Shown here piece by piece: positions 51,870 to 61,914 of a DNA stretch of 64,000 bases; position 1 is the stretch's first letter, and every line of letters begins with the position of its first letter. Below the pieces are notes generated by a model. That model made no database searches. It saw nothing but the letters and a program-made list of their open reading frames with translations, and had not been told where the DNA came from. Both the position numbers and the translations under genes were made by a program. Origin of the DNA: Spirochaetota bacterium (GTDB taxonomy: Bacteria > Spirochaetota > UBA6919 > CBDBPB01); the NCBI GenBank assembly GCA_965208615.1, contig CBDBPB010000007.1, positions 224,001-288,000 on the forward strand, written 5' to 3'.

Positions 51870-51897
51870 AATTCGGTTATGGTTATCCCAAATTTTA
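51870..51897 (-). promoter_or_regulatory. Putative sigma-28 promoter of flaB
   Basis: TAAA-N16-ACCGAATT, about 145 nt upstream of the ATG. Confidence 0.55.
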
Positions 51898-52004
51898 ACG
51901 GAATGAATTAAAAAAGGCTGTTTTTTGATAAAATAATTTATTTTTTTATTTTAAGAGGTGGGCATATAATAACATAGCATTGTTAAGTTGATGAAAATAA
52001 TATA

Positions 52005-52895
52005 TTAGTAGCTTGCTATTATTACAACGGCAAGAGCGTTTAAACAAACTACCTCTATTAGTGAGGCACTTATATTACTCCTTTGCGTAATTTCTTTATT
52101 TAAGGATAGTCCAAAAAGCATAGCCTTATCAACAAATATCCGTATTAGTGGAAAGGCTATAATGGCAAATATTGATAACCAAATATAATAAGTTAAGCTA
52201 TCACCCCAGTTTATAAACTTACCATCTGCATAAATACCTTTAAAAAGGATTAGTCCAAGAGCAATTAACCTTCCTGAAAAAGATATTCCAGCAGATATAT
52301 TAGCCTTATCAATTTCTAATTGTATGTTATAAGGCGATATCCATCCTAAAATAAGGCTGTATATTATAAATGTTATTTGTCCTATTAGAAAGAAAACTAT
52401 GGATAATAATACCTCTGTCAACAATGGACCAAAACTATAATAAAATAAACCTAAATAAGAAGGGCTTAGGCTAATACTTGCACTAATTACTAATCCACTA
52501 GCTATATACCCCCCAGCTAATACTATTCCTGTGCCAATATTTTTATCTTTTATAAGTTCGTTACTTATATTAAACTTATATAGTATTAACTTATAAATAG
52601 TTAACCTTGACATATTTAGTAAAAGTATCCCTAAAAGACCGTGAAGCCAAAAACGTATTATACCATCCTCTAACGGAGTATTATGTATATTAGGTATAGC
52701 CCCCATTATTATAATTATTAGAGCAATAAAGTATCCAAATAGGCTTATTCCGACTGCAGAGTTCTTATTTTGACCTATTTCTTTATTTAGCTTATAACTG
52801 GTTAGTAAGTCATAGATTAGTTTGCCTATTAATAAAAAGATAATAGTCATAAGCCCGTAAAAAAGCATTTGAGGAAAAATAGCAAAGTTTTTCAT
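52005..52895 (-). CDS. DUF350 tandem-domain membrane protein
   Basis: Repeated Y.L..EI...N.A.GI units between TM helices. Confidence 0.8.
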   Translation of the reverse strand: MKNFAIFPQMLFYGLMTIIFLLIGKLIYDLLTSYKLNKEIGQNKNSAVGISLFGYFIALIIIIMGAIPNIHNTPLEDGIIRFWLHGLLGILLLNMSRLTIYKLILYKFNISNELIKDKNIGTGIVLAGGYIASGLVISASISLSPSYLGLFYYSFGPLLTEVLLSIVFFLIGQITFIIYSLILGWISPYNIQLEIDKANISAGISFSGRLIALGLILFKGIYADGKFINWGDSLTYYIWLSIFAIIAFPLIRIFVDKAMLFGLSLNKEITQRSNISASLIEVVCLNALAVVIIASY

Positions 52896-52956
52896 AGCTT
52901 ATTCACCCATATAAAGTTTTGAAAAGGTTTATAGCAGTAATATAATTTAGAAAAAG

Positions 52957-53517
52957 CTAATCTTTTAATGGAAAATCTGGACCTATTAAAGATTCCATAA
53001 CATCACACTTCATTTCAATTTCTTCTTTAAGCTCTGGGGCAATGTCTTCATCAGAAATAGCCCTAACCCATTCAATAAAGTCCAAAATAGCATCACTTGG
53101 TATATAAGACTTTTTATTTTGTACAGATTGATGAAATTGTGTATGATCCTCGCCATAGGAGCCGTATGAGTTAATATGAAGTTGCCCTCTCATATCACCG
53201 TTGAAGTATATTAGTGGTTTATTAGAGTCGGTTTTTTTTAAGCTTTTTGTTTCTCTTTCGTAGAAGTCAATTCCTTTTGGAGTTAGTCTATAGGACAGAA
53301 CCTTATTTTTACTATGAGAAAGGGGAGTAATATATTCTTTATCGGTAAGGTAGTTTAGTGTGGCTAGTATTTCTTTAGGATTAGTATTAGAGCCTATTTT
53401 AGTAGTAATATCGTTTATGGAAAGAGGATCAATAGGATTTTGATTAACATATTGTTTGTAAAGTACTTTTAAAAGCAGTTTAGCAGACTTTCTAATATTA
53501 GGCATATTTTTCCCCAA
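52957..53517 (-). CDS. Hypothetical winged-helix protein
   Basis: LNYLTDKEYI...YRLTPKGIDFYE wHTH-like pattern. Confidence 0.55.
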   Translation of the reverse strand: MGKNMPNIRKSAKLLLKVLYKQYVNQNPIDPLSINDITTKIGSNTNPKEILATLNYLTDKEYITPLSHSKNKVLSYRLTPKGIDFYERETKSLKKTDSNKPLIYFNGDMRGQLHINSYGSYGEDHTQFHQSVQNKKSYIPSDAILDFIEWVRAISDEDIAPELKEEIEMKCDVMESLIGPDFPLKD

Positions 53518-53834
53518 GCAAATATATTACTTTTTTTGTTTATACAAATAAATGAAACTTGCTAATTATTCCTACTTTGAAGATATACAAACTTTTAGAA
53601 AAGTCAATTTTATTATATAGGATTTATTGTATTTTAAATTTATTTATAGTCTTTAAAAATAAACAAATTCAGGCTTAGGAACATTATCGCATAGTTCATT
53701 ATAGCCAGATTTATTTATCTTAATAGATGCTAATTAAAATTAGGGCAATAATTTTTTATTAAGAATAATATAGCTTTTTTTTTGCTTTTTGTAAAGGTAG
53801 TTAGTATATTTTTTTATAATAAAAAAAATTAACA

Positions 53835-54110
53835 TTGAGGCATTTTATGAATTTTAAAAATTATAAAATTAATAATTATGCTTTCCAAAGAGTTAAATCT
53901 ATAATATTTAACTACCTTATAGCGGTTTTTATATTGGCTATACTAACTATATTCTTTTTGCAAACTAAAAAAGAAGGTTTAATTAGTCAAAAGAATATTC
54001 TAAACCTTAGTCAACAGAGCATATATGACAAAAATAAAAAAGAAGAATTCATGCTAACGAAAACTAAGCCTATTATTCTATTTAAAGTTAAAAACTATGA
54101 TAATTATTAA
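53835..54110 (+). CDS. Small single-TM hypothetical protein
   Basis: 91-aa ORF with one hydrophobic helix; weak start signals. Confidence 0.35.
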   Translation: MRHFMNFKNYKINNYAFQRVKSIIFNYLIAVFILAILTIFFLQTKKEGLISQKNILNLSQQSIYDKNKKEEFMLTKTKPIILFKVKNYDNY

Positions 54111-54154
54111 TTTATTCATTGTATGAGTTAACTAATTATTTGTTAGCATATAAA

Positions 54155-56491
54155 TTAGTCTTTACTAATATCTTTTAATTTAGCCATAAATAATATACTT
54201 TTTTTTGTTAGTCCCACGTGATTGATTGCTTTTGCCGCAGATAAACAAGTTGTAATATACGAGTTAGCCAGCTTATACTTTTTTTGTTTATAATAATACT
54301 TAGCAAAAATGTATGAAACATGACCTAAGGCCAGCATATTTTTATTAGACTTTGCAGAGTTAAGTGCTTTGTTAAAAAATAGATAGGTGTTATTAGCATT
54401 TTTTAATGCTCTATAGGCTAATGCGGTATTGTATAATATTATTGGATGGTTTTCTTTTAGGTTAAGGGCTTTTATAAAAATATTTACTCCTTTTTTGTAT
54501 AATTTTTGATTATAATAAATTACTCCCATATTGTTGTATATTTTCCATAAATAATCTAATGCATTAAGTTTTTTGTATAAGGATAAAGCCTTATCATAGT
54601 GGTATAAAGAGGAGTTATACTCTCCTTGGGAGTAATATATTTCTGCTAACATTAGGTGTGCTTTTGCGATATCTTTTATGGCTAGACTTTTATTGTTAAC
54701 TATTTTTTTTAGTTTTCTTATTACATCCCGTTTATCTTTTTCTCCTATGGACTTAACCTTAGGAACTTTATTATCCTTAGTTTTAACTTTTAGTATTCCA
54801 CCCCTCTTTGCCCATATAAGAGAGGTAGACTTATCTTTATTTCCAAAGTTTATAATTCCAGATGGTATTTTCTTGACAAGCTTTTTTTTATAAGGTTTTT
54901 TTAGTGACAGTAAAACATTAGTACCGTCTTTATGGGTAAGGTATAACTGATCTTTTTCTAGTCCCCATTTTATAGTACTTATTGGTTTTTTATTGTTTAT
55001 TCTCTTAATTATTTTATCATCAGAATCGAGGATCACAATATCACCGTTAGAAAGGGCAATAGCTAATTGTTTATCCTGTTTGTTAAACTTGAATGCAATA
55101 ATCCTATGATCAAAGTTCTTTGATGGAACAGCATTTTTACTTATTGTATTAAGTTTATATATAGTATTTGGCGTAATAACCCTAATATTATTTTTAGACT
55201 TTGGAGTAAATCCTAATATTGGTTTATTAAAAAATATATCTCTTTTTTTAATAAATAAATTAAGGTCCCACTCAATAACTCTACCACTACCATCTCCTGA
55301 AAAGGCAGTCTTATTAATTATAAAAATATCATTAACCCAAACGGAGTGTTCTTTTCTGATAACGGTTAGTCTTTTTTTTCTTATCCAGAATGCCACAGTT
55401 CCGTCGTCATGGCCTGTTATGACAAGGCTGTCTTTGTTTATGGAGCTAACCGAATAAATACTTGCTAAATGACGATCTATTAAGTGTATAACTTCTGATA
55501 ACAAAGATATTATCAGAAGTTTATTGTTGGATAAAGTAATAACCATAATATTGGCGTCTTTTGATAAAGCCATATTTTTTATACCATGTTTTGTTTTGAT
55601 TAGTACTTTTTCTTTTTTAGTATATAGATTGGTTGTGCTAACAATCCCAGAGGGGTATGCAGAGTATAAGGTATTATTATGTACTATTAACTTTTTCACT
55701 GGAGAGTTGCTAAAATATAGAGTTTTACTATCCTTAAACAGTGAGTGGATGTAGATAGTATTATTTAGTCCTCCGCTTATTATTAGGTTATTTGTATGTG
55801 TTATAGAGTTTACCCATCCGTTATGGGATAGTATTTTCTTAGTTTTACGGCTTTCTGTATTTATATGGTAAACAGAACCAGACTCATCACCAAAATATAT
55901 GGAGTTATTTGTAACAGATATATCCCTAATTTTATTTTTATGATTTAGGGTATATATAATTTTAGTATCCATATTTCTTTTGGTAATATTGTCAATAATT
56001 CCACTGGTAACAAAAATGATAGACTTACCATTGGGAGTGAATTTAACAATTTTAACGGGGTTAAGTTCTTGTATAAAGTAGTTATAGGAGAAGTTTTGAA
56101 CATTCCATAATATAGTTTGGCCGTTTTCTAGCCCGAGGATTATAGTTTTTCCATTAGGATGAAAGTCTATAGAGTTAACCTTAGATTTGGTTATAAAGTA
56201 TTTTATTAGTTTTTTAGTATTTAGGTTATAAAGGGCTAATCCGAGATTAGTTGATACAGCCAAATAGTTATTATACGGGGATATTTTTATATTAGTTATA
56301 TTAGAGTATCCCCATGTCTCAATGAACAGCTTATTATTATTTTGGAAGATAATAAAGTCTTGATCATTAGTTAGATAGTAGTCTTTATTATCATTTTTTT
56401 TGAACTGCCATTTATTATTTGCTTTGCTTAGGCTAGAGCTAAAGAATATTGTTATTAATATTATTATTATTGAGTAAAAATGCCTATTCAT
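54155..56491 (-). CDS. Exported WD40-repeat protein with C-terminal TPRs
   Basis: Signal peptide; WD40 units (SIDFHPNGK...ILWN, H..WVN, TGHDDGTVAFW); TPR helices (YNNMGVIYY, LYNTALAY). Confidence 0.82.
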   Translation of the reverse strand: MNRHFYSIIIILITIFFSSSLSKANNKWQFKKNDNKDYYLTNDQDFIIFQNNNKLFIETWGYSNITNIKISPYNNYLAVSTNLGLALYNLNTKKLIKYFITKSKVNSIDFHPNGKTIILGLENGQTILWNVQNFSYNYFIQELNPVKIVKFTPNGKSIIFVTSGIIDNITKRNMDTKIIYTLNHKNKIRDISVTNNSIYFGDESGSVYHINTESRKTKKILSHNGWVNSITHTNNLIISGGLNNTIYIHSLFKDSKTLYFSNSPVKKLIVHNNTLYSAYPSGIVSTTNLYTKKEKVLIKTKHGIKNMALSKDANIMVITLSNNKLLIISLLSEVIHLIDRHLASIYSVSSINKDSLVITGHDDGTVAFWIRKKRLTVIRKEHSVWVNDIFIINKTAFSGDGSGRVIEWDLNLFIKKRDIFFNKPILGFTPKSKNNIRVITPNTIYKLNTISKNAVPSKNFDHRIIAFKFNKQDKQLAIALSNGDIVILDSDDKIIKRINNKKPISTIKWGLEKDQLYLTHKDGTNVLLSLKKPYKKKLVKKIPSGIINFGNKDKSTSLIWAKRGGILKVKTKDNKVPKVKSIGEKDKRDVIRKLKKIVNNKSLAIKDIAKAHLMLAEIYYSQGEYNSSLYHYDKALSLYKKLNALDYLWKIYNNMGVIYYNQKLYKKGVNIFIKALNLKENHPIILYNTALAYRALKNANNTYLFFNKALNSAKSNKNMLALGHVSYIFAKYYYKQKKYKLANSYITTCLSAAKAINHVGLTKKSILFMAKLKDISKD

Positions 56492-58071
56492 GGTTTCTCC
56501 GTTATTTTGGATATATATTTGAGATATCTTTTAATTTTTCTTTTATTTTTGTATTTTGGAAACTTATTAACTAAACTATTAAATACTTTTTTAGCATTAG
56601 AATATTCCTTAAGTTTTATATAGCACTCTCCTAGACTGTGATAGTTAATGGCATTATTAGGGGTATTATTAACGAGCCATAAAAACTCTTTTGAGGCATT
56701 TTCAAAGTCTTTTTTCTTAAAGAATACTTTAGCGAGGCTTTTTTTTAGTTTTATAGAGTTTTCATCTTTTTTTAGTGCAAGTTTATAATATTTTATAGAG
56801 TCGTTATACTTTTTTAGCTGGAATGAGGCATCCCCCATTTTCTTTAGTGTTTGTGCTGTGGATATATCCTCATCAACAAGGTATTCTAGAGTAGTTAGAA
56901 CTTTTTTATATTTTCTTTTTTTATAATATACATTAGCAAGCAAAAGGTAGTATTCTGTTTTATTCGGATTCGATTTTATACCTTTTTTAAGTATTCTAAT
57001 AGAGTTGTTATATTTTTTTAGTAGTAATAGTATTTTGCTATACTGTTGTATTATGTCTATATCATTTGGATTAATGGCATAAGCTTTTTTGAGGTAGGAT
57101 AGTGCAGAATTAAATCTTTTCTTTTTGGACAGTACAATTCCTATATTATATAGTGTAGTACTATTAGCTGGTCTAACTGTGCTGGCTTTTATGTAGTATG
57201 TTAGGGCTAGATTTAGTTGTTCTATGCTATCATATGTTTTAGCGATATTAAAAAGGAGATAAAAGTTAGTTGGATATTTTTTAAGTCCATTTTTATATGT
57301 TTTTATAGAGTTGTCGTAGTTTTTTAATTTATAGTATGTTTGTCCTTTTTGGATTATAGTTTTAATATGCTTTGGATCGAGTTTATTGGCTTTATTGAAG
57401 GATGTTATTGCCATTTGGAAGTTATTAAGTTTTTTATCACAGAATCCAATATTATAAAGGGCTTTAACTTTTATAGATTTTGCTTTTATTAGTGGAATAG
57501 CCTTATAAAAGTATTCCTTTGCGCCATCATATTTTTTTTTCAGTAGATAAATTACACCGAGTTTATAAAGTATAATACCTTTGTTATGCTTATCCAGTTT
57601 AGTTTTCGTTAGAGTGAGTTCATAAAGTCCTTGTGCTTCATCTAGTTTATTTTGCTCATAGAACCTATTAGCCATTTTTATATCATTTTTTATTATTTCA
57701 TTTTCTGAAGGTTTTTTATTTTTAGCTATTTCTATTTTTGCACTTTTTACTTCTTCATCAGTTATTTTGATTATTACGGTCTTACTGCTATAGCCTTTGA
57801 TATCATTTTTAACTATTCCTGTAACTCTAACGTAGTAGTCACCTTTTTCTATAAATATATTGGCAAAGCTATCTTTAGTTTTAATTGATTTTATAACTTT
57901 TAAGAATGACTGTGTTTTGGATATTTCAACTAAATAGTATTTACTTATTATGTCAATATTCCATGACAATTTAATTTTTCCTAATTCTTTATTGGGATAT
58001 GCTAGTGGTGAATGAAAAGTAATACTGCTAATAAGTATAATTAGGGATAAGCTATAGAGTTTTTTCTTCAT
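56488..58071 (-). CDS. Exported TPR-repeat protein with an N-terminal FN3-like segment
   Basis: Signal peptide; YYVRVTG beta segment; about 11 TPR-like units. Overlaps the downstream gene by 4 nt. Confidence 0.85.
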   Translation of the reverse strand: MKKKLYSLSLIILISSITFHSPLAYPNKELGKIKLSWNIDIISKYYLVEISKTQSFLKVIKSIKTKDSFANIFIEKGDYYVRVTGIVKNDIKGYSSKTVIIKITDEEVKSAKIEIAKNKKPSENEIIKNDIKMANRFYEQNKLDEAQGLYELTLTKTKLDKHNKGIILYKLGVIYLLKKKYDGAKEYFYKAIPLIKAKSIKVKALYNIGFCDKKLNNFQMAITSFNKANKLDPKHIKTIIQKGQTYYKLKNYDNSIKTYKNGLKKYPTNFYLLFNIAKTYDSIEQLNLALTYYIKASTVRPANSTTLYNIGIVLSKKKRFNSALSYLKKAYAINPNDIDIIQQYSKILLLLKKYNNSIRILKKGIKSNPNKTEYYLLLANVYYKKRKYKKVLTTLEYLVDEDISTAQTLKKMGDASFQLKKYNDSIKYYKLALKKDENSIKLKKSLAKVFFKKKDFENASKEFLWLVNNTPNNAINYHSLGECYIKLKEYSNAKKVFNSLVNKFPKYKNKRKIKRYLKYISKITEKP

Positions 58072-58150
58072 AAATTTTCCTTGATATATCATTTAGATAA
58101 AGTATAATTAAGGTTTTACTGTGTATGTTTAAATAATATATGAATCGGAT

Positions 58151-58179
58151 TTGACTTTTTGGTATTAAGTCTGTATAGT
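58151..58179 (+). promoter_or_regulatory. Sigma-70-type promoter for the 58371 gene
   Basis: TTGACT-N17-TATAGT. Confidence 0.6.
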
Positions 58180-58370
58180 TAAATATATTTGAATTTGTTT
58201 AACATTTCATTAGTTTTGATAAAAGCTAAAATATATACCTAAAGATTCGGCATTTTATAATTTTTCATAAATAAAGAAAGTAGTTTAATTGAGTATGGCC
58301 TAATATAGCATAATTTGCCTTATCCTTGACTTAGTGCTTTTATGAAGGGTATTATTATTTAGGGGGATAT

Positions 58371-59042
58371 ATGAATAATATAACTAGGTTAAAATATGTA
58401 TGTTTAATTTTATTAGTATTAGGTTTTAGCGGGTGTAGTACACTGTTATATCTTATGAGAATAGTTAAAGATTTTAGAGTGGGAGATAAGCTAAAAGATA
58501 ACGAAGTTTTAATTATTGGCAATGTTGAGATAGACCCTCCTTTTACTGATTCTGATTTTGATATTGAGCAAAGGGATGAATGTTGGAAAGGTGATTTTGA
58601 AAAACAGGCTCATCTTTGGATTGATCATAACTTTAATGAGTATCCTCCTGAGCTATATGATGAAAACGATACTTATGGCTATTATTTTAGAAATAGGATT
58701 ATTGCTGGGCTTAACAAAGAGTTTTATGTTAAATTTAAAAAAAAGTCTTTTTATATAATGGAGATATTTATGCTTAGGGAATGTTATTATACCTATAATT
58801 ATTATCGTGACACTTATAAATTAAACATTACCTCTTATAGAGGAAAAATTAATTTTAAGGTTAATGTTAAACCTGATGACCAGGCTATATATATAGGAAC
58901 AATAAAATACACCAGAAATGGTTATAATATAGTCAAATCTAAGCTTATTGATAACTTTGACAGAGTTAAACAAGACTTTATAGAAAAGTTTGGTGATGGT
59001 ATAAAGATTAGGAAGTCTATTATGGTTTCTGCGAAGAGATAA
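58371..59042 (+). CDS. Hypothetical lipoprotein
   Basis: Lipobox FSGC after a hydrophobic stretch; AIYIGTIKY motif; RBS aggggga. Confidence 0.7.
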   Translation: MNNITRLKYVCLILLVLGFSGCSTLLYLMRIVKDFRVGDKLKDNEVLIIGNVEIDPPFTDSDFDIEQRDECWKGDFEKQAHLWIDHNFNEYPPELYDENDTYGYYFRNRIIAGLNKEFYVKFKKKSFYIMEIFMLRECYYTYNYYRDTYKLNITSYRGKINFKVNVKPDDQAIYIGTIKYTRNGYNIVKSKLIDNFDRVKQDFIEKFGDGIKIRKSIMVSAKR

Positions 59043-59080
59043 AATATATATATTTTTTTACTGCTGTTAGGTTATTTATT

Positions 59081-59746
59081 ATGAATATATTTTTTTATAC
59101 TTTTTTATTTTTGATAATATTGATATTTAGCTTTTGTAATTCTTCTACAGGGATAAGGGATGGATCACAATTAACCCAGTTACAACTAAGCCAAATAGAG
59201 GTAATAAAAACTGGAGTTTATAACTGGAATACTTGGAGAAAAAAGAATCCAGATGAAGAGATAAACCTGCAATACGTATCTTTTAGGGAGATGGAGTTAA
59301 GGGGAATAGATTTAAGTAATGTTTTTCTTTATGAAGCGGATTTTAAAGGTGCTAATTTAGAAGGTGCTAAGTTTAATTTTGCTATTATTTCTAAGGTTAA
59401 TTTTAATAGGGCAAATTTAAATAATGCTAACTTTTCAAAGGCAAGGCTAAGCCAAACTAGTTTTGTTAGGAGTAAGTTAGACAATGTTAATTTTTATAAC
59501 TCCGAAATGATTTGGAATAACTTTAATATGGCAGTACTTACAAATGCTAGTTTTAGATGGTCTATTTGTAAGAACTGCTATTTTTTTAAATCATACGCAA
59601 AGGGAGCTGACTTTACTAACTCTGACCTTAGTGGATCAAGTTTTAAGTTTGCTTATTTGGTTGATAGTAATTTCTCAAAAGCTAATCTTTATGGTGTAAG
59701 TTTTAACAATGCTAATAAAAAAGGAGCTAACCTAACTATAAAATAA
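59081..59746 (+). CDS. Exported pentapeptide-repeat protein
   Basis: Signal/lipoprotein N-terminus, G...WNTWR..NP lead-in, and many A(D/N)(L/F)xx pentapeptides. Confidence 0.9.
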   Translation: MNIFFYTFLFLIILIFSFCNSSTGIRDGSQLTQLQLSQIEVIKTGVYNWNTWRKKNPDEEINLQYVSFREMELRGIDLSNVFLYEADFKGANLEGAKFNFAIISKVNFNRANLNNANFSKARLSQTSFVRSKLDNVNFYNSEMIWNNFNMAVLTNASFRWSICKNCYFFKSYAKGADFTNSDLSGSSFKFAYLVDSNFSKANLYGVSFNNANKKGANLTIK

Positions 59747-59794
59747 TAATTAAAGGTAATTATTTCTTTATAGAATAAACTGTTACAAAAACAA

Positions 59795-59823
59795 TTGACT
59801 AATAATAGGGTTTTCGGTATTTT
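59795..59823 (+). promoter_or_regulatory. Putative sigma-70 promoter of the transketolase genes
   Basis: TTGACT-N17-TATTTT. Confidence 0.45.
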
Positions 59824-59913
59824 ATATTATATATTTCGTTTTTCTTTGGTATTTATAACTAACCTAATTAGTCTTAATATACAATTATTTTACATTAATA
59901 TAAGGGTATAACT

Positions 59914-60738
59914 ATGAATTATACTGTAGATGATTTACAAAATAAAGCAAAAGAGATTCGCATAGATTGCATTAGAATGTTAACAAAAGCTGGTTCAGGA
60001 CATCCTGGCGGTTCTCTTTCTGCGGTTGATTTATTGACTGTATTGTTTTATGATAAAATAAAAAGAACTAAGGATAATGCTCTATCCGATAATAGGCATA
60101 GATTTGTTTTATCAAAGGGACATTGTGTTCCTGTTTTATATTCTATATTTTCTCAGGTGGGAATAATAAACAAGGCTGACCTTATGACTCTAAGGAAAAT
60201 AAACTCTCCATTGCAGGGTCATCCTGACTGTGTGTTATTTCCTTATGTAGAGGCGTCTACTGGATCATTGGGTCAGGGTTTATCTATTGCACAGGGAATG
60301 GCTATGGCGGGAAAGGTTGATAATAAGGATTATAGGGTTTATTGTATGGTTGGTGATGGGGAGATGCAGGAAGGTGAGATTTGGGAAGGGCTTATGTCAT
60401 CTGCCAAGTATGGTTTGGATAATTTTTGTGTTATTTTGGATTATAATAAGTCTCAGATAGACGGTACTATAAAAGAGGTTATGAATATTGAGCCTCTTCT
60501 AGACAAAGTTAGAGCTTTTAATTGGCATGTAATTGAGATAGATGGTCATGATTTTGTTCAGATAATTGATGCTTATAATGAGGCTGAGTCTATAAAAGGA
60601 AAGCCTAGCTTTATTATTGCTCATACTGTTAAGGGAAAGGGGGTTTCATTTATGGAGGGTAAGACTGAGTGGCATGGAAAGGCTCCTAATTATGAAGAGG
60701 CTGAAATAGCTATTAAAGAGTTAGGAGCTGGTTTATGA
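59914..60738 (+). CDS. Transketolase, N-terminal subunit
   Basis: SGHPGGSLS, LSKGH, GSLGQG, GDGEMQEG, HTVKGKG and WHG. Confidence 0.95.
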   Translation: MNYTVDDLQNKAKEIRIDCIRMLTKAGSGHPGGSLSAVDLLTVLFYDKIKRTKDNALSDNRHRFVLSKGHCVPVLYSIFSQVGIINKADLMTLRKINSPLQGHPDCVLFPYVEASTGSLGQGLSIAQGMAMAGKVDNKDYRVYCMVGDGEMQEGEIWEGLMSSAKYGLDNFCVILDYNKSQIDGTIKEVMNIEPLLDKVRAFNWHVIEIDGHDFVQIIDAYNEAESIKGKPSFIIAHTVKGKGVSFMEGKTEWHGKAPNYEEAEIAIKELGAGL

Positions 60739-61682
60739 GTATTTCAAGGGCTACTAGAGTTACTTTTGGTGAGGTTATAGTAGAGCTGGGGGAAAAATAT
60801 CCTAATATAGTTGTTTTAGAGGCTGATTTGGCTAAGTCTACATATTCTTATGCTTTTGGAGAGAGGTTCCCAAATCGCTATTTTGAGATGGGTATTGCAG
60901 AGGCTAATATGATTGGTGCTAGTGCTGGATTAGCTTTAAGCGGAAAGATTTCATATATTTGTAGTTTTTCGGCTTTTGTAACTGGTCGTTATGATATTAT
61001 TCGTATGTCTATTGCATATTCTAAGGCTAATGTTAGGATTATTGGCACTCATGCAGGTATTGCCATTGGTGATGATGGTAATAGTCAGCAGGGATTAGAG
61101 GATATATCTATTATGCGATCTTTACCTAATATGGTAGTTATTCAGCCTGGTGATGATATTGAGGCTCGTCAAGCTTTGGAATATTCTGTTCATCATAGTG
61201 GGCCTATGTTTTTCAGGTTGACTAGGCAAAAGTTAGAGGCTATTCATTCTGATAATTATAGGTTTGAGTTTGGTAAAGGGGATATTATTAAAGATGGTAG
61301 TGATGCTACTATTTTTTGTACTGGTGGAGTTGTTTATAATAGTCTTCACGCTGCATATTCTTTGGAGAAAGACTATAATATTAGGGTTGTTAATATTCAC
61401 ACAGTTAAGCCTATTGATGAAGATTTAATTATTAGGTGTGCTAAAGAGACAAAGCGTATTATTACTGTTGAGGATCATAATATTACTGGAGGTCTTGGTA
61501 GTGCTGTTAGTGAGGTGCTTACTAATCATTGTCCTGTTTTGCTAAACAGAATTGGGATAAGTGATTGCTTTGGAGAGTCTGGATCGCCTAAAGAGCTATA
61601 TTCAAAGCATGGGTTGGATATAAAGGGTATAAAGGATAATATAAATCGCTTTTTAGAGAAGGCACAGCCTATTTTTTATTAA
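60735..61682 (+). CDS. Transketolase, C-terminal subunit
   Basis: ADLAKST, GIAEANM, THAG and EDHNITGGLG. Confidence 0.93.
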   Translation: MSISRATRVTFGEVIVELGEKYPNIVVLEADLAKSTYSYAFGERFPNRYFEMGIAEANMIGASAGLALSGKISYICSFSAFVTGRYDIIRMSIAYSKANVRIIGTHAGIAIGDDGNSQQGLEDISIMRSLPNMVVIQPGDDIEARQALEYSVHHSGPMFFRLTRQKLEAIHSDNYRFEFGKGDIIKDGSDATIFCTGGVVYNSLHAAYSLEKDYNIRVVNIHTVKPIDEDLIIRCAKETKRIITVEDHNITGGLGSAVSEVLTNHCPVLLNRIGISDCFGESGSPKELYSKHGLDIKGIKDNINRFLEKAQPIFY

Positions 61683-61767
61683 GAGAATTAACTATATAGA
61701 TAGTTTTTAAGGGCTAGTTATTATTCGAAGCATATAAAAAAAACTATTGTAATTTTTTTTTAATTAG

Positions 61768-61795
61768 TTGACAAAAATTAATATTTAAGTATATT
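61768..61795 (+). promoter_or_regulatory. Putative sigma-70 promoter of dsrC
   Basis: TTGACA-N16-TATATT. Confidence 0.5.
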
Positions 61796-61914
61796 TCTTG
61801 TGACCTTTTAGTAGTATTTATGAATTAGATAGTTTATTATTGACTAGCAAGTTAAGGAACTTTTATTAAAAGTATATTGTTATATATAGAAAATGATTTA
61901 CTTTGGAGGTAATT

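Noticed and set aside
59081-59746. Qnr-type quinolone resistance protein
   Set aside because: It has an N-terminal export signal and only generic pentapeptide repeats.
61740-61830. Rex operator upstream of dsrC
   Set aside because: A TTGTGA half-site is present near 61798, but it has no matching TCACAA half.
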